DNA from: Trichormus sp. ATA11-4-KO1
GTDB taxonomy: Bacteria; Cyanobacteriota; Cyanobacteriia; Cyanobacteriales; Nostocaceae
NCBI GenBank assembly: GCA_019358915.1
Contig: JAHHIM010000011.1
Location: 68,802-132,801 of the forward strand
Direction of reading: 5' to 3'
DNA: 64,000 nt
Below the pieces are notes generated by a model. That model searched no databases. It saw only the letters and a list, made by a program, of their open reading frames with translations, and had not been told where the DNA came from. Shown here one piece after another: positions 1-8,779 of the stretch. Numbering within the stretch: the first letter of the stretch is position 1; each line of letters opens with the position of its first letter. A program made the translations under genes and the position numbers.

Positions 1-1
1 C

Positions 2-508
2 ATGCAAGTTAGTGGTAACGGACGTACTCAACTAGAGTTCGTCATTCCTGCTCGTGGCTTGATTGGTTTCCGGGGTGAATTCATGCGGATGACTCGTGGT
101 GAAGGCATCATGAACCACAGTTTCCTTGATTATCGTCCCATCACTGGTGATATTGAAGCTCGGAACAAAGGTGTTCTCATTGCGTTTGAAGAAGGTGTTG
201 CTACTTTCTACGCTATGAAAAACGCAGAAGATAGAGGTTCATTCTTTATCACTCCAGGCACTAAGGTTTATAAAGGCATGATTGTGGGAGAACACAATCG
301 TCCCCAAGACTTGGATTTAAATGTTTGTAAGACCAAACAATTAACCAATCACCGCGCCTCTGGTGGTGATGAACTAGTACAGCTACAAGCACCAATAGAC
401 ATGAGCCTAGAGCGGGCTTTAGAATACATTGGCCCAGATGAATTGGTGGAAGTTACACCCCAATCGATTCGTCTACGGAAGGTAGCGAAGAAGTTTGCTA
501 AACGGTGA
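2..508 (+). CDS. typA: Translational GTPase TypA/BipA, C-terminal part (5' end outside window)
   Basis: Contains PARGLIGFR, VYKGMIVGE, KQLTNHRASG and LEYIGPDELVEVTPQSIRLRK, typical of the BipA C-terminal domains. Confidence 0.95.
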   Translation: MQVSGNGRTQLEFVIPARGLIGFRGEFMRMTRGEGIMNHSFLDYRPITGDIEARNKGVLIAFEEGVATFYAMKNAEDRGSFFITPGTKVYKGMIVGEHNRPQDLDLNVCKTKQLTNHRASGGDELVQLQAPIDMSLERALEYIGPDELVEVTPQSIRLRKVAKKFAKR

Positions 509-512
509 TTAA

Positions 513-612
513 GTGCTGAGTTACAGCCGTAGTCACATAGATTAGGACATTATTGATTGCTCAAAGCACTGAAGCCACTGGGTTTATACTCAGCACTCAG
601 CACTCAACACTT
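513..612. repeat. STRR heptamer tract (ACTCAGC)n with an inverted copy GTGCTGAGT
   Basis: gtgctgagt at 513-521; actcagc-actcagc-actcaac at about 588-608. Confidence 0.7.
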
Positions 613-644
613 TGGGAACAAAATTCATACAACAGGTCTAAATG

Positions 645-675
645 AAAAAACCTCCGCATCTACGGAGGTTGTTTT
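645..675. terminator. Bidirectional intrinsic terminator between convergent typA and mraY
   Basis: aaaaaa-cctccg-catcta-cggagg-ttgtttt: GC stem with A/T tails on both sides. Confidence 0.75.
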
Positions 676-700
676 ATGTAACTAGATTTTTCAAAAGATT

Positions 701-1804
701 TTAAAAAGGAGCGATCGCTAAACAAATTACCGCTAAAATGGCGGCGATGATATAAAACACCGCAACTACTTGCAATTCTGACCAGCCGGTCAATTCTAAG
801 TGATGGTGTAGGGGAGCCATTTTAAATAAGCGTTTACCTTTACCATCAGGCCCCTTAGTGGCTTTGTAGTAACTTACCTGCGCCATCACAGAAAGGGTTT
901 CTACGAAGAAGATGCCACTGAGAATAAACAAGGCTACTAAGCTATTAGTGAGTAGTGCTACAGCCGCTAAAGCGCCTCCCAATGCCAGAGAACCAGTATC
1001 ACCCATAAAAACACGGGCTGGGTTGCGGTTATGGGCTAAGAAACCTAAGCAACCGCCACTTAATGCCGCACAGAAAACCATCAATCCAGGGGCAGTAGGC
1101 GCAATTAAAGCACCTAATGCTAGTAGTGCGATCGCTACTGTTCCTGCTGCTAAACCATCAATCCCATCAGTTAAATTAGTTGCATTACTCTCTGCCACAA
1201 GGACAAAGCCAGCCAAAGGCCAGAATAAAAATCCCAAGGGTAGTGCAAAGCTCACCCAAGGTAAAGCAATATTTGTAATATTAGAAGGTTGATTAAACAT
1301 CAGCCACAAACAAAACACAGCCGCAAAGCCGATTTGCAAAGCTAGTTTCATTCGGGGAGATATACCTTTATTTGATTTGCGGCGCAGAATTTGCCAATCA
1401 TCAAGCCAGCCAATCAATCCATAGCTGAGAGTCAAAGCGGAGACGGCAAGCACTTCTGTAGCAAAATTAGACCATACGCAGGCAATTACCACAGCTACGG
1501 GTACAAAGAATATACCCCCCATTGTTGGTGTACCTGCCTTTTTCAAATGAGCTTGGGGGCCATCTTCGCGGATGATTTGCCCAGTCTTGAGAGCTTGCAG
1601 CAATGGTATGACCAAAAAGCCAATAGCAGCTGAACTCAGCGCACTCACTAATAATGGTAGGGTAAGTGACATCCCTTGCCAGGGTATTCTATTACCCAGC
1701 CAATCAAATATCAAGGCTGCTACACTTAGCGCTGCGGCTAAACCAGAAGCTAAGCCAATACCAGAAAAGGTTGATCCTTGGTCAGGAGATAATTTAGCGT
1801 CCAC
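701..1804 (-). CDS. mraY: Phospho-N-acetylmuramoyl-pentapeptide transferase
   Basis: HLKKAGTPTMGG, NATNLTDGIDGL, FMGDTGSLALG, MAPLHHHLE motifs; GTG start at 1804 is likely (ORF track begins at 1819). Confidence 0.95.
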   Translation of the reverse strand: MDAKLSPDQGSTFSGIGLASGLAAALSVAALIFDWLGNRIPWQGMSLTLPLLVSALSSAAIGFLVIPLLQALKTGQIIREDGPQAHLKKAGTPTMGGIFFVPVAVVIACVWSNFATEVLAVSALTLSYGLIGWLDDWQILRRKSNKGISPRMKLALQIGFAAVFCLWLMFNQPSNITNIALPWVSFALPLGFLFWPLAGFVLVAESNATNLTDGIDGLAAGTVAIALLALGALIAPTAPGLMVFCAALSGGCLGFLAHNRNPARVFMGDTGSLALGGALAAVALLTNSLVALFILSGIFFVETLSVMAQVSYYKATKGPDGKGKRLFKMAPLHHHLELTGWSELQVVAVFYIIAAILAVICLAIAPF

Positions 1805-1881
1805 AGAAATTCCCTTCACTCCACACTTACAAAACTGGACAACGGAACGATTGATATGATCGAATCCCCAGCCTGAACAGG

Positions 1882-2121
1882 CTAATCTTCGTCTACACTT
1901 ACATCGCTGTCATCATCAAGATCGTAATCCCCGATCCCGTCTTCTCCACTCAAAAACTCAGATATTTCTTCTTCTTCGTCCGAAAAATCTGTTTCTTGAA
2001 CGTTACGCGCTACGAGACGACCGTTAGATTGCAGCCAGTCCAACATAGAGGACTCTTGCTTTAAGGGAATTACGGGGGCGCGCTGGTTGCGGGGTTCTTC
2101 ACTCAAAGGAGAATTCAACAT
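1882..2121 (-). CDS. Small acidic cyanobacterial protein (DUF3134-like)
   Basis: NSPLSEEPRNQRAPVIPLKQESSMLDWL...GRL with an acidic tail, directly upstream of mraY. Confidence 0.7.
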   Translation of the reverse strand: MLNSPLSEEPRNQRAPVIPLKQESSMLDWLQSNGRLVARNVQETDFSDEEEEISEFLSGEDGIGDYDLDDDSDVSVDED

Positions 2122-2362
2122 ATCTACGAAGACACAAAAAGGTTCATGTAACTAGACATTAAGCAGTCTATCACTGACACGCGATAATTTAGTTATTCAT
2201 TCAAGTCTCGGGTTAAGAAATCCGCAAGCTGACAGAAATATTTTATTTAATAGTGCTAAAGCTACTAGAAAGAGATTTTTAGTAATTTGTAAGGCGGTAT
2301 ACATAGGACATAAATGTTGACTTAAGGTAGATGAATTTTCAGGATTTTTAAGGTGATAAGCG

Positions 2363-2947
2363 ATGATCAAAAAAGCAAATCTCATTGATGCGATCGCGGG
2401 TACAAATCGCGGTTTACTGGCTAGTGAACTCCAAAAGCAGGCTATCCTAGCTGCGATCGCCAATTTAGAAGACTCTAATCCCACACCCCGTCCGCTAGAA
2501 TCGAGTAATTTGCTCGATGGAAATTGGCGATTACTTTATACAACCAGCAAGGCTCTTCTCAACCTTGATCGCGTACCTTTATGCAAACTTGGTCAAATTT
2601 ATCAGTGTATTCAGGTTAACACTAGCAGTGTTTACAATATAGCTGAGATTTATGGCTTACCTTATCTCGAAGGATTAGTTAGCGTAGCTGCCAAGTTTGA
2701 ACCAGTTTCTGAACGACGCGTCCAAGTGAAATTTCAGCGCTCTATTGTCGGCTTAAAAAGTTTAATCGGGTACGATACTCCCGGAAATTTTATCCAACAA
2801 ATTGAAGCTGGCAAAAAATTCACGGCGATTGATACTCCTCTCAACAGTGATAAACAACAAGGCTGGTTGGACATCACTTATTTAGATAGTGATCTGCGGA
2901 TTGGCAGGGGTAACGAGGGTAGTGTATTTGTTTTAAGTAAGACATAA
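2363..2947 (+). CDS. PAP/fibrillin family protein
   Basis: LDGNWRLLYTT and WLDITYLDSDLRIGRGNEGSVFVL motifs. Confidence 0.9.
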   Translation: MIKKANLIDAIAGTNRGLLASELQKQAILAAIANLEDSNPTPRPLESSNLLDGNWRLLYTTSKALLNLDRVPLCKLGQIYQCIQVNTSSVYNIAEIYGLPYLEGLVSVAAKFEPVSERRVQVKFQRSIVGLKSLIGYDTPGNFIQQIEAGKKFTAIDTPLNSDKQQGWLDITYLDSDLRIGRGNEGSVFVLSKT

Positions 2948-2988
2948 AGTTTGCCTAAGGTGTGTATTTGCGAATGAACTTAAGCGAT

Positions 2989-3009
2989 ACCTACGGTAAG
3001 CTACGCTAA
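2989..3009. mobile_element. 21-nt small dispersed repeat (SDR) inserted in a HIP1-like site
   Basis: GCGAT|acctacggtaagctacgctaa|CGT; removing the insert gives GCGATCGT (7/8 match to HIP1). Confidence 0.65.
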
Positions 3010-3247
3010 CGTGTGGCCTTTGTCAAGGAGTGTATGACACTATTTTAAGTTGAGGTTTTGAGGTTAGTAAGTGCTGAAAGGAGGAGATGAAGGAAGTGGC
3101 GTAATGGGAGCAAGGACAGCTAACAACCGAACAATTTCCTACTCAGACAAATAACTTAACAAAGCCTCTAGCCGAGACCTTCACGATGTAGAGTGAAATC
3201 AAATAGCCCTATATATTGGCGATTGATAACTAAAAGGGAAGATACTC

Positions 3248-3460
3248 ATGGTTCAACGTGGTTCTAAAGTACGTATTCTCCGCCCCGAATCCTACTGGTT
3301 CCAGGATTTAGGAACTGTGGCTTCTATCGACCAAAGCGGCATCAAATACTCAGTAATTGTCCGGTTTGATAAAGTCAACTACGCTGGTATCAACACCAAT
3401 AACTTTGCCCCGGACGAATTAGTTGAGGTAGAAGCACCAAAGGCTAAGGCGAAAAAATAA
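3248..3460 (+). CDS. psaE: Photosystem I subunit IV
   Basis: [20 protein letters not shown]...[16 protein letters not shown]. Confidence 0.98.
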   Translation: MVQRGSKVRILRPESYWFQDLGTVASIDQSGIKYSVIVRFDKVNYAGINTNNFAPDELVEVEAPKAKAKK

Positions 3461-3703
3461 GCGGCAAAGCCTAAAGGGGATTATTTGATGGGATGATGGA
3501 GAAAAGCCTTAAGTATGACATATGGAACTTTTAGTTCTTTCATACTTAACCCCAGGCTACTCTAACCTATAAGAAGCCGACCTGCGGGTATTTACGGTTT
3601 TTCTTTAGTAGTAATATAAGCCACCAAATGGTGACTATATACTTAACTATCGCTGATCACTTGCTCCCCAAATACATCAAACTTGCCTGTTTAATCAGCT
3701 TAA

Positions 3704-4552
3704 ATGCCTGAATTGCCTGAAGTTGAAACAGTCCGCAGGGGTCTAAATCAATTGACCCTCAATCGAGAAATTACGGGGGGAGATGTGTTGCTCAATCGCA
3801 CCATCGCCTACCCGTTTTCTGTTGATGAGTTTATTCACAAAATTAAAGCAAGTGCCATTACTACTTGGCATCGTCGCGGCAAATATCTCCTAGCTGAACT
3901 CACCCCCTCATCTCCCCCGTCCCCCAGTTGGCTAGGTGTTCATCTGCGAATGACCGGTCAACTACTATGGCTGCATCAAGATGAACCATTACATAAGCAC
4001 ACACGGGTGAGATTATTCTTTGGGGATCAACAGGAATTGCGCTTTGTTGATCAACGCACCTTTGGACAAATGTGGTGGGTTCCCCCAGGAGTTGCGGTAG
4101 AAAGTATCATCACTGGTTTAGCAAAACTGGCAGTAGATCCATTCTCACCCCAATTTACCGTTGAATATCTGACTACTAAGTTGCAAAACCGCCGCCGTCC
4201 CATCAAAACTGCACTATTAGATCAGTCAGTCGTGGCGGGATTAGGTAATATCTATGCTGATGAAGCACTATTTAAAAGTGGAATTTTACCAATAACTCTC
4301 TGTACAGATTTGCAGTTAGAGCAAATTGAGCCTTTACATACAGCAATTATTCAAGTGTTAGAAACCAGTATTGCGGCTGGAGGCACAACTTTTAGTAATT
4401 TTCTGAATGTTAAAGGGATCAATGGTAATTATGGCGGTGTTGCTTGGGTTTACAACCGCACTGGAGAACCCTGCCGAGTTTGTGGCACTCCTATACAGCG
4501 AATCAAGTTAGGCGGGCGTTCTAGTCACTTTTGCCCCCAGTGTCAGAGTTGA
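3704..4552 (+). CDS. mutM: Formamidopyrimidine-DNA glycosylase
   Basis: PELPEVE N-terminus, HLRMTG, GLGNIYADE, C-terminal zinc finger CRVC...CPQC. Confidence 0.97.
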   Translation: MPELPEVETVRRGLNQLTLNREITGGDVLLNRTIAYPFSVDEFIHKIKASAITTWHRRGKYLLAELTPSSPPSPSWLGVHLRMTGQLLWLHQDEPLHKHTRVRLFFGDQQELRFVDQRTFGQMWWVPPGVAVESIITGLAKLAVDPFSPQFTVEYLTTKLQNRRRPIKTALLDQSVVAGLGNIYADEALFKSGILPITLCTDLQLEQIEPLHTAIIQVLETSIAAGGTTFSNFLNVKGINGNYGGVAWVYNRTGEPCRVCGTPIQRIKLGGRSSHFCPQCQS

Positions 4553-4613
4553 GGGGATTGGGGAGTGGTTTATTAGAATGAAATAGCCTAGCAATGCTTA
4601 AAAACGAGGGATC

Positions 4614-4829
4614 ATGAGTCAATCAACAATCATTACAGCATCACCAGATGTAATGAGTGGTACGCCAGTTTTCGCAGGAACGCGAGTGCCTGTGCAGACC
4701 CTGCTAGATTATTTGAAGGCAGGGGAGTCCATTAATGATTTTTTAGAGGGATTTCCCACAGTTAAACGAGAACAGGTGATAGCTTTTTTAGAAGCCGCAC
4801 AAGCGCAGATTCTGAAGTTAGTTGCATAG
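4614..4829 (+). CDS. DUF433 family putative antitoxin
   Basis: PDVMSGTPVFAGTRVPVQTLLDYLKAGESINDFLEGFPTV. Confidence 0.85.
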   Translation: MSQSTIITASPDVMSGTPVFAGTRVPVQTLLDYLKAGESINDFLEGFPTVKREQVIAFLEAAQAQILKLVA

Positions 4830-4830
4830 A

Positions 4831-4887
4831 GTGAATATTTTGATTGACACGGCATCAAAGAGTGCAGCCACGGTGGTTAGTGAATGA
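4831..4887 (+). pseudogene. Remnant start of a DUF5615/PIN-like toxin gene
   Basis: GTG 1 nt after the DUF433 stop reads MNILID, resembling PIN-toxin N-termini; the frame stops after 18 codons. Confidence 0.45.
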
Positions 4888-4972
4888 CCAATCCAGATTT
4901 CTTAAGTGTATTTACATCTGTCCACAAGCTAAAATCCTCTTAAAACGATCTATAAACTTAAGAGGGAGACTA

Positions 4973-5188
4973 ATGGCGGTTAAAAAAGGAGATATGGTTC
5001 GCGCTGTCCGCGAGAAGTTGGAAAACAGTCTGGAAGCAAAAGCCAGTGATACTCGCTTTCCTGCGTATTTGTTTGATAGCAAGGGCGAAATTGTAGATGT
5101 TAAAGGTGATTATGCCCTGGTGAAGTTTGGCAAGGTGCCAACACCAAATATTTGGTTACGCTTGGATCAACTCGAAGAGTTTAACTAA
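4973..5188 (+). CDS. ndhO: NAD(P)H-quinone oxidoreductase subunit O
   Basis: [34 protein letters not shown]...[16 protein letters not shown] at 4973 after a GGAG-type RBS. Confidence 0.93.
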   Translation: MAVKKGDMVRAVREKLENSLEAKASDTRFPAYLFDSKGEIVDVKGDYALVKFGKVPTPNIWLRLDQLEEFN

Positions 5189-5341
5189 GTCGCTATTGAT
5201 TAGGATAGGGAATGGGTTTTGATAAAAAAGGCGTTGCTGAATATCATTAAAATCTCACGCAAAGCCGCAGAGGCGCAGAGAGGTTTTAAGAGAGTTCTGA
5301 CTATGCTAATAAAAATTTACCTACTCCCTACTCCTTAAATT

Positions 5342-6313
5342 ATGATTTCTTCTTCTGATTCCCCGATTCTTTGTCGTTTACCCCGTGTCTCTATCATTGG
5401 TGCTGGTAGGGTCGGTAGTACTCTAGCCCAACGTGTTGCTGAGAAAAATTTGGCAGATGTGGTGTTGCTGGATATCGTTGAGGGAATGCCTCAAGGACTA
5501 GCGTTGGATTTGCTGGAGGCTAGGGGAATTGAATTACATAATCGTCAAATTGTTGGTACGAATAACTATGCTGATACATCTGGTTCGCAAATTGTGGTGA
5601 TTACGGCAGGTCTTCCTCGGAAACCAGGGATGAGTCGGGATGATTTGCTGAAGACGAATGCCAAGATTGTGGTGGAAGCAGCCAAGAGTGCGATCGCTCA
5701 TTCTCCTAATGCTATTTTTATAGTTGTCACTAATCCTTTGGATGTGATGACTTATTTGGCTTGGCAAGCTACAGGTTTACCACGCGATCGCATTATGGGT
5801 ATGGCTGGCGTGTTAGACTCAGCCCGGTTTGAAACTTTCATTGCTTTAGAGTTAGGGGTGTTACCTGCTGATGTGAAGGCGATGGTGTTGGGTAGCCACG
5901 GTGATTTAATGGTTCCTTTGTCTCGTTATGCGACCGTTAACGGCATTCCCATCACAGAATTACTAGATACATCTACAATTGAACGCTTAGTAGAGAGAAC
6001 CCGCAACGGTGGCGCGGAGATTGTGGAATTGATGCAGACTGGTGGGGCATTTTTTGCGCCTGCTTCTGCTACGAGTGTGATGGTGGAATCGATTTTACTC
6101 AATCAGTCGCGGTTGTTACCTGTGGCAACTTATTTACAAGGTGAATACGGTTTAGAAGATATTGTAATTGGCGTGCCCTGTCGTTTGGGTTGCGGTGGAA
6201 TTGAAAGTGTGGTGGAATTGCATCTCACCGACGGGGAAAGAGAAGCTTTGCAGACTTCGGCTCAATCTGTGCGTAATAATATTGACAGAGCGCAGGAAAT
6301 TTTAGCAATATAG
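5342..6313 (+). CDS. mdh: Malate dehydrogenase (LDH-like)
   Basis: IIGAGRVG, TAGLPRKPGMSRDDLL, VVTNPLD, GVLDSARF, GSHGD. Confidence 0.95.
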   Translation: MISSSDSPILCRLPRVSIIGAGRVGSTLAQRVAEKNLADVVLLDIVEGMPQGLALDLLEARGIELHNRQIVGTNNYADTSGSQIVVITAGLPRKPGMSRDDLLKTNAKIVVEAAKSAIAHSPNAIFIVVTNPLDVMTYLAWQATGLPRDRIMGMAGVLDSARFETFIALELGVLPADVKAMVLGSHGDLMVPLSRYATVNGIPITELLDTSTIERLVERTRNGGAEIVELMQTGGAFFAPASATSVMVESILLNQSRLLPVATYLQGEYGLEDIVIGVPCRLGCGGIESVVELHLTDGEREALQTSAQSVRNNIDRAQEILAI

Positions 6314-6364
6314 AACACTTAGCTTATGCTATGTTTTGGATGATGGTTTAGGTTCTCATAATCT

Positions 6365-6637
6365 ATGATACAAACAATAACATTCATCCAAGAATCTATT
6401 TTTGAAAAAATAGAGGGACAAAATATTGAATTTAAAGAAATCAATTCTAAAAGCCCGGTTAATACAATCAAAAATCATGCAGAGAAATACGTCACAGGCT
6501 TTTTAAATGCTTCCGAACAAGGAGATATCTATTTAGGAATAAACGATTATGGGAAGGTTTTAGGTGTTACTCTTAATCGAAGGGAAAAGAGCGATCGCTT
6601 TTACTTTTTACGCGAATTAGCTGTTAAGCAAAATTAG
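6365..6637 (+). pseudogene. Truncated Schlafen/AlbA_2-domain protein
   Basis: EGQNIEFKE...KYVTGFLNA..GDIYLGINDYGKVLGV matches the AlbA_2 N-terminal pattern; only 90 aa, and similarity appears to end at the HIP1 site 6591-6598. Confidence 0.7.
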
Positions 6638-6739
6638 TATAACTATTCACATCTCTTACCTCTGCGTTCACTGCGCCTCTGTGGTTCGTTTTCCAAATAA
6701 AATGCTTAAATCCTAAACATCTGTGGTTAGACAGCGCAC

Positions 6740-7102
6740 TTATCCTAAAGTCAAAACACCAGCTTGGTAATTCACCACTAACGGCAGAATTTTGAGCCAC
6801 TCTGAACCTAGTAATACTTCTATAATTTCATCCCCTGCACAAACAGGAATTTCATATTCCTGACCATTCAATAGGATTTTACCTACATAGATATCAAAAA
6901 GACTTTCACCCTGTGCCGTTTGCAGCTGTTGCTCACGAATAAATTGCCAGCCCAGAGAATATAAATCTTGTTGATTAATAGCTAAAAATCCTGTGAAGCC
7001 AGTATCCAACATAGAATCTATAGTCAGATTTAATCCATCAGAAGTAATCAAATCAATTTCAAAAAAAAGCTGACCGCTACTGCCGAAATTGCCTTGTATC
7101 AT
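6740..7102 (-). CDS. Clan AA (retropepsin-like) aspartyl protease
   Basis: Catalytic LDTGF motif and LLGSEWL psi-loop; 120 aa; overlaps the upstream gene by ATGA. Confidence 0.85.
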   Translation of the reverse strand: MIQGNFGSSGQLFFEIDLITSDGLNLTIDSMLDTGFTGFLAINQQDLYSLGWQFIREQQLQTAQGESLFDIYVGKILLNGQEYEIPVCAGDEIIEVLLGSEWLKILPLVVNYQAGVLTLG

Positions 7103-7416
7103 ATTCTGCCAGTAGATCCAGTTTCATTCAGGCAGAACATACAATGTACAGCATTCGGGTACTTCTCACGTGCTTTCTGACTAGCTACCTCTATATCTTC
7201 ATCAATAAAGTAGTCTCCACTATCTGGCTCTACAGCAATATACCAGCCATAATGTTCCTGAATCAAATCGGGACGCACTCGCTCAAACATCGCTCGACAA
7301 CGCTGGTGAAAAGCCTTCTGTTCAACTTTACGTCTAGCAAGTTCTTCTGGTGGTAAAGTGCGTTCTGGAAATATTCTCCCTCGCCGTTGAGGTTGTTTTG
7401 GCGTTGATTGAGTCAC
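7099..7416 (-). CDS. Small hypothetical protein (DUF5678-like), partner of the aspartyl protease
   Basis: LIQEHYGWYIAVEPDSGDYFID...AREKYP; translationally coupled to 6740..7102. Confidence 0.7.
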   Translation of the reverse strand: MTQSTPKQPQRRGRIFPERTLPPEELARRKVEQKAFHQRCRAMFERVRPDLIQEHYGWYIAVEPDSGDYFIDEDIEVASQKAREKYPNAVHCMFCLNETGSTGRI

Positions 7417-7836
7417 TTTATTAACCCCTATTTCTACGACTGCCTTAACTTCATTTTACGCCAATAAAACCTTTGGTTATATACTTCTGTGACAGCAACT
7501 TTAAATAACAGATATATTGCCGAATATTAGCTATTAAATAGTTTCTTTGATTTAGCATAAGTTGTATGTATTTTTATAGTAATTTTTAATACTAACAAAA
7601 ATGTGATCGCTTGAATTTATACCCAACTTGCCAACTAAACCAAGATAAAAAAATAAGTTATATTTCTGACCTCAGTGTCCTCTGTGGTTTGTTTCTGAAC
7701 TCCTGAAACCCATACCAAGACTACTATCTGCTTATATTAAGGGATGTAACAGCCAGAAACGAGCGATCGCTATCTTCATCGTATCTTCAGTGTATTATGA
7801 CATAAATTACACATAAACTTTATACTTAAATACCAT

Positions 7837-7850
7837 GTATCTGTATTTAC
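7837..7850. promoter_or_regulatory. Possible NtcA box
   Basis: tGTA-tctgtatt-TAC, 108 nt upstream of the Nif11-domain gene; no -10 at the canonical 22-nt spacing and the region is AT-rich. Confidence 0.3.
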
Positions 7851-7958
7851 TGTAACTTTTTTATCTATTACTGACGAAGAAACCACTGTATACTGACTAC
7901 ACTATATATTTACTAACAAAGGTACTCTACCAAGTTTAAAGCTTAGGAGAGATAAATA

Positions 7959-8618
7959 ATGTATTATCAAATTTGGAATTTTTTTCTCAGAGAAGATAAA
8001 TATTTGAGTTGGAGAGAAAAAGTAAAACTTAACAAAAAATTTGATAAGTTAACATGGCAAAAAATCATTGACTTTTTGTCAAAAGTAGAGCAAAGTTTTC
8101 TTCTAAAAAACCAACTAGGAGAAACTGAGAATCTGGAGCAATTTATCAAATTAGCAACAGAACATGGTTTTAATTTGACCGAAGAGGAACTTGCATGGTT
8201 TCTGATTACCAGGAACCAAATTTGGGATCTTTTTGACTTGGCGCAAAAAACGCCATCTCTCAAAGAGCAATTGCTAACAGCTAAAAATCCGCAGCAATTC
8301 ATCACAATAGCTGCTTTTAATGGCTATTACTTTTCTGTAGAAGAATTAGCTTGGCTATTAACTGAAATCAAAGCATCTCCTGAATTAGTATCCCTTAATA
8401 ACAGCGTTGGCGAAATTCTCACAGTATCGAACTACGGCAGAATTGAAACAGGATACTGGATTTGGCTAGCAGAAGACTGGGGGATTGTACCACCATTTTG
8501 TCATCGGCATCAGCCAGGTACTTTCTTATCTCAATATATGCACAATCCTTTTTTACCCGATCGCTGTTTTTTACCCAAGAGCTACTTTAATCAACACCTT
8601 GTAATTCATAATTCGTAA
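7959..8618 (+). CDS. Protein with two tandem Nif11-like domains
   Basis: Repeats FLSKVEQSFLLKNQL...FIKLATEHGFNLTEEEL and LFDLAQKTPSLKEQL...FITIAAFNGYYFSVEEL; AGGAG RBS. Confidence 0.75.
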   Translation: MYYQIWNFFLREDKYLSWREKVKLNKKFDKLTWQKIIDFLSKVEQSFLLKNQLGETENLEQFIKLATEHGFNLTEEELAWFLITRNQIWDLFDLAQKTPSLKEQLLTAKNPQQFITIAAFNGYYFSVEELAWLLTEIKASPELVSLNNSVGEILTVSNYGRIETGYWIWLAEDWGIVPPFCHRHQPGTFLSQYMHNPFLPDRCFLPKSYFNQHLVIHNS

Positions 8619-8779
8619 TTACAAAAACTCAGGCTTTTGGAGAGTTAGAATATCTTACTCAATAGCAAAGCATCCTGAGAATTGAAGAAGTTGTATCTTC
8701 AAACCAGGATGCTTCACAATGAAAAATTGTCGCTGATACAACAGTTCTGTAACAAAGTGTGATGTTTAAGCTAGAGCTA

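Noticed and set aside
4844..4972. N-terminal ORF-track extensions of ndhO (also hicA copy 2, pheA, the iscA-like gene and DUF4079)
   Set aside because: Family similarity begins at downstream ATGs, so the extensions are start-codon artefacts
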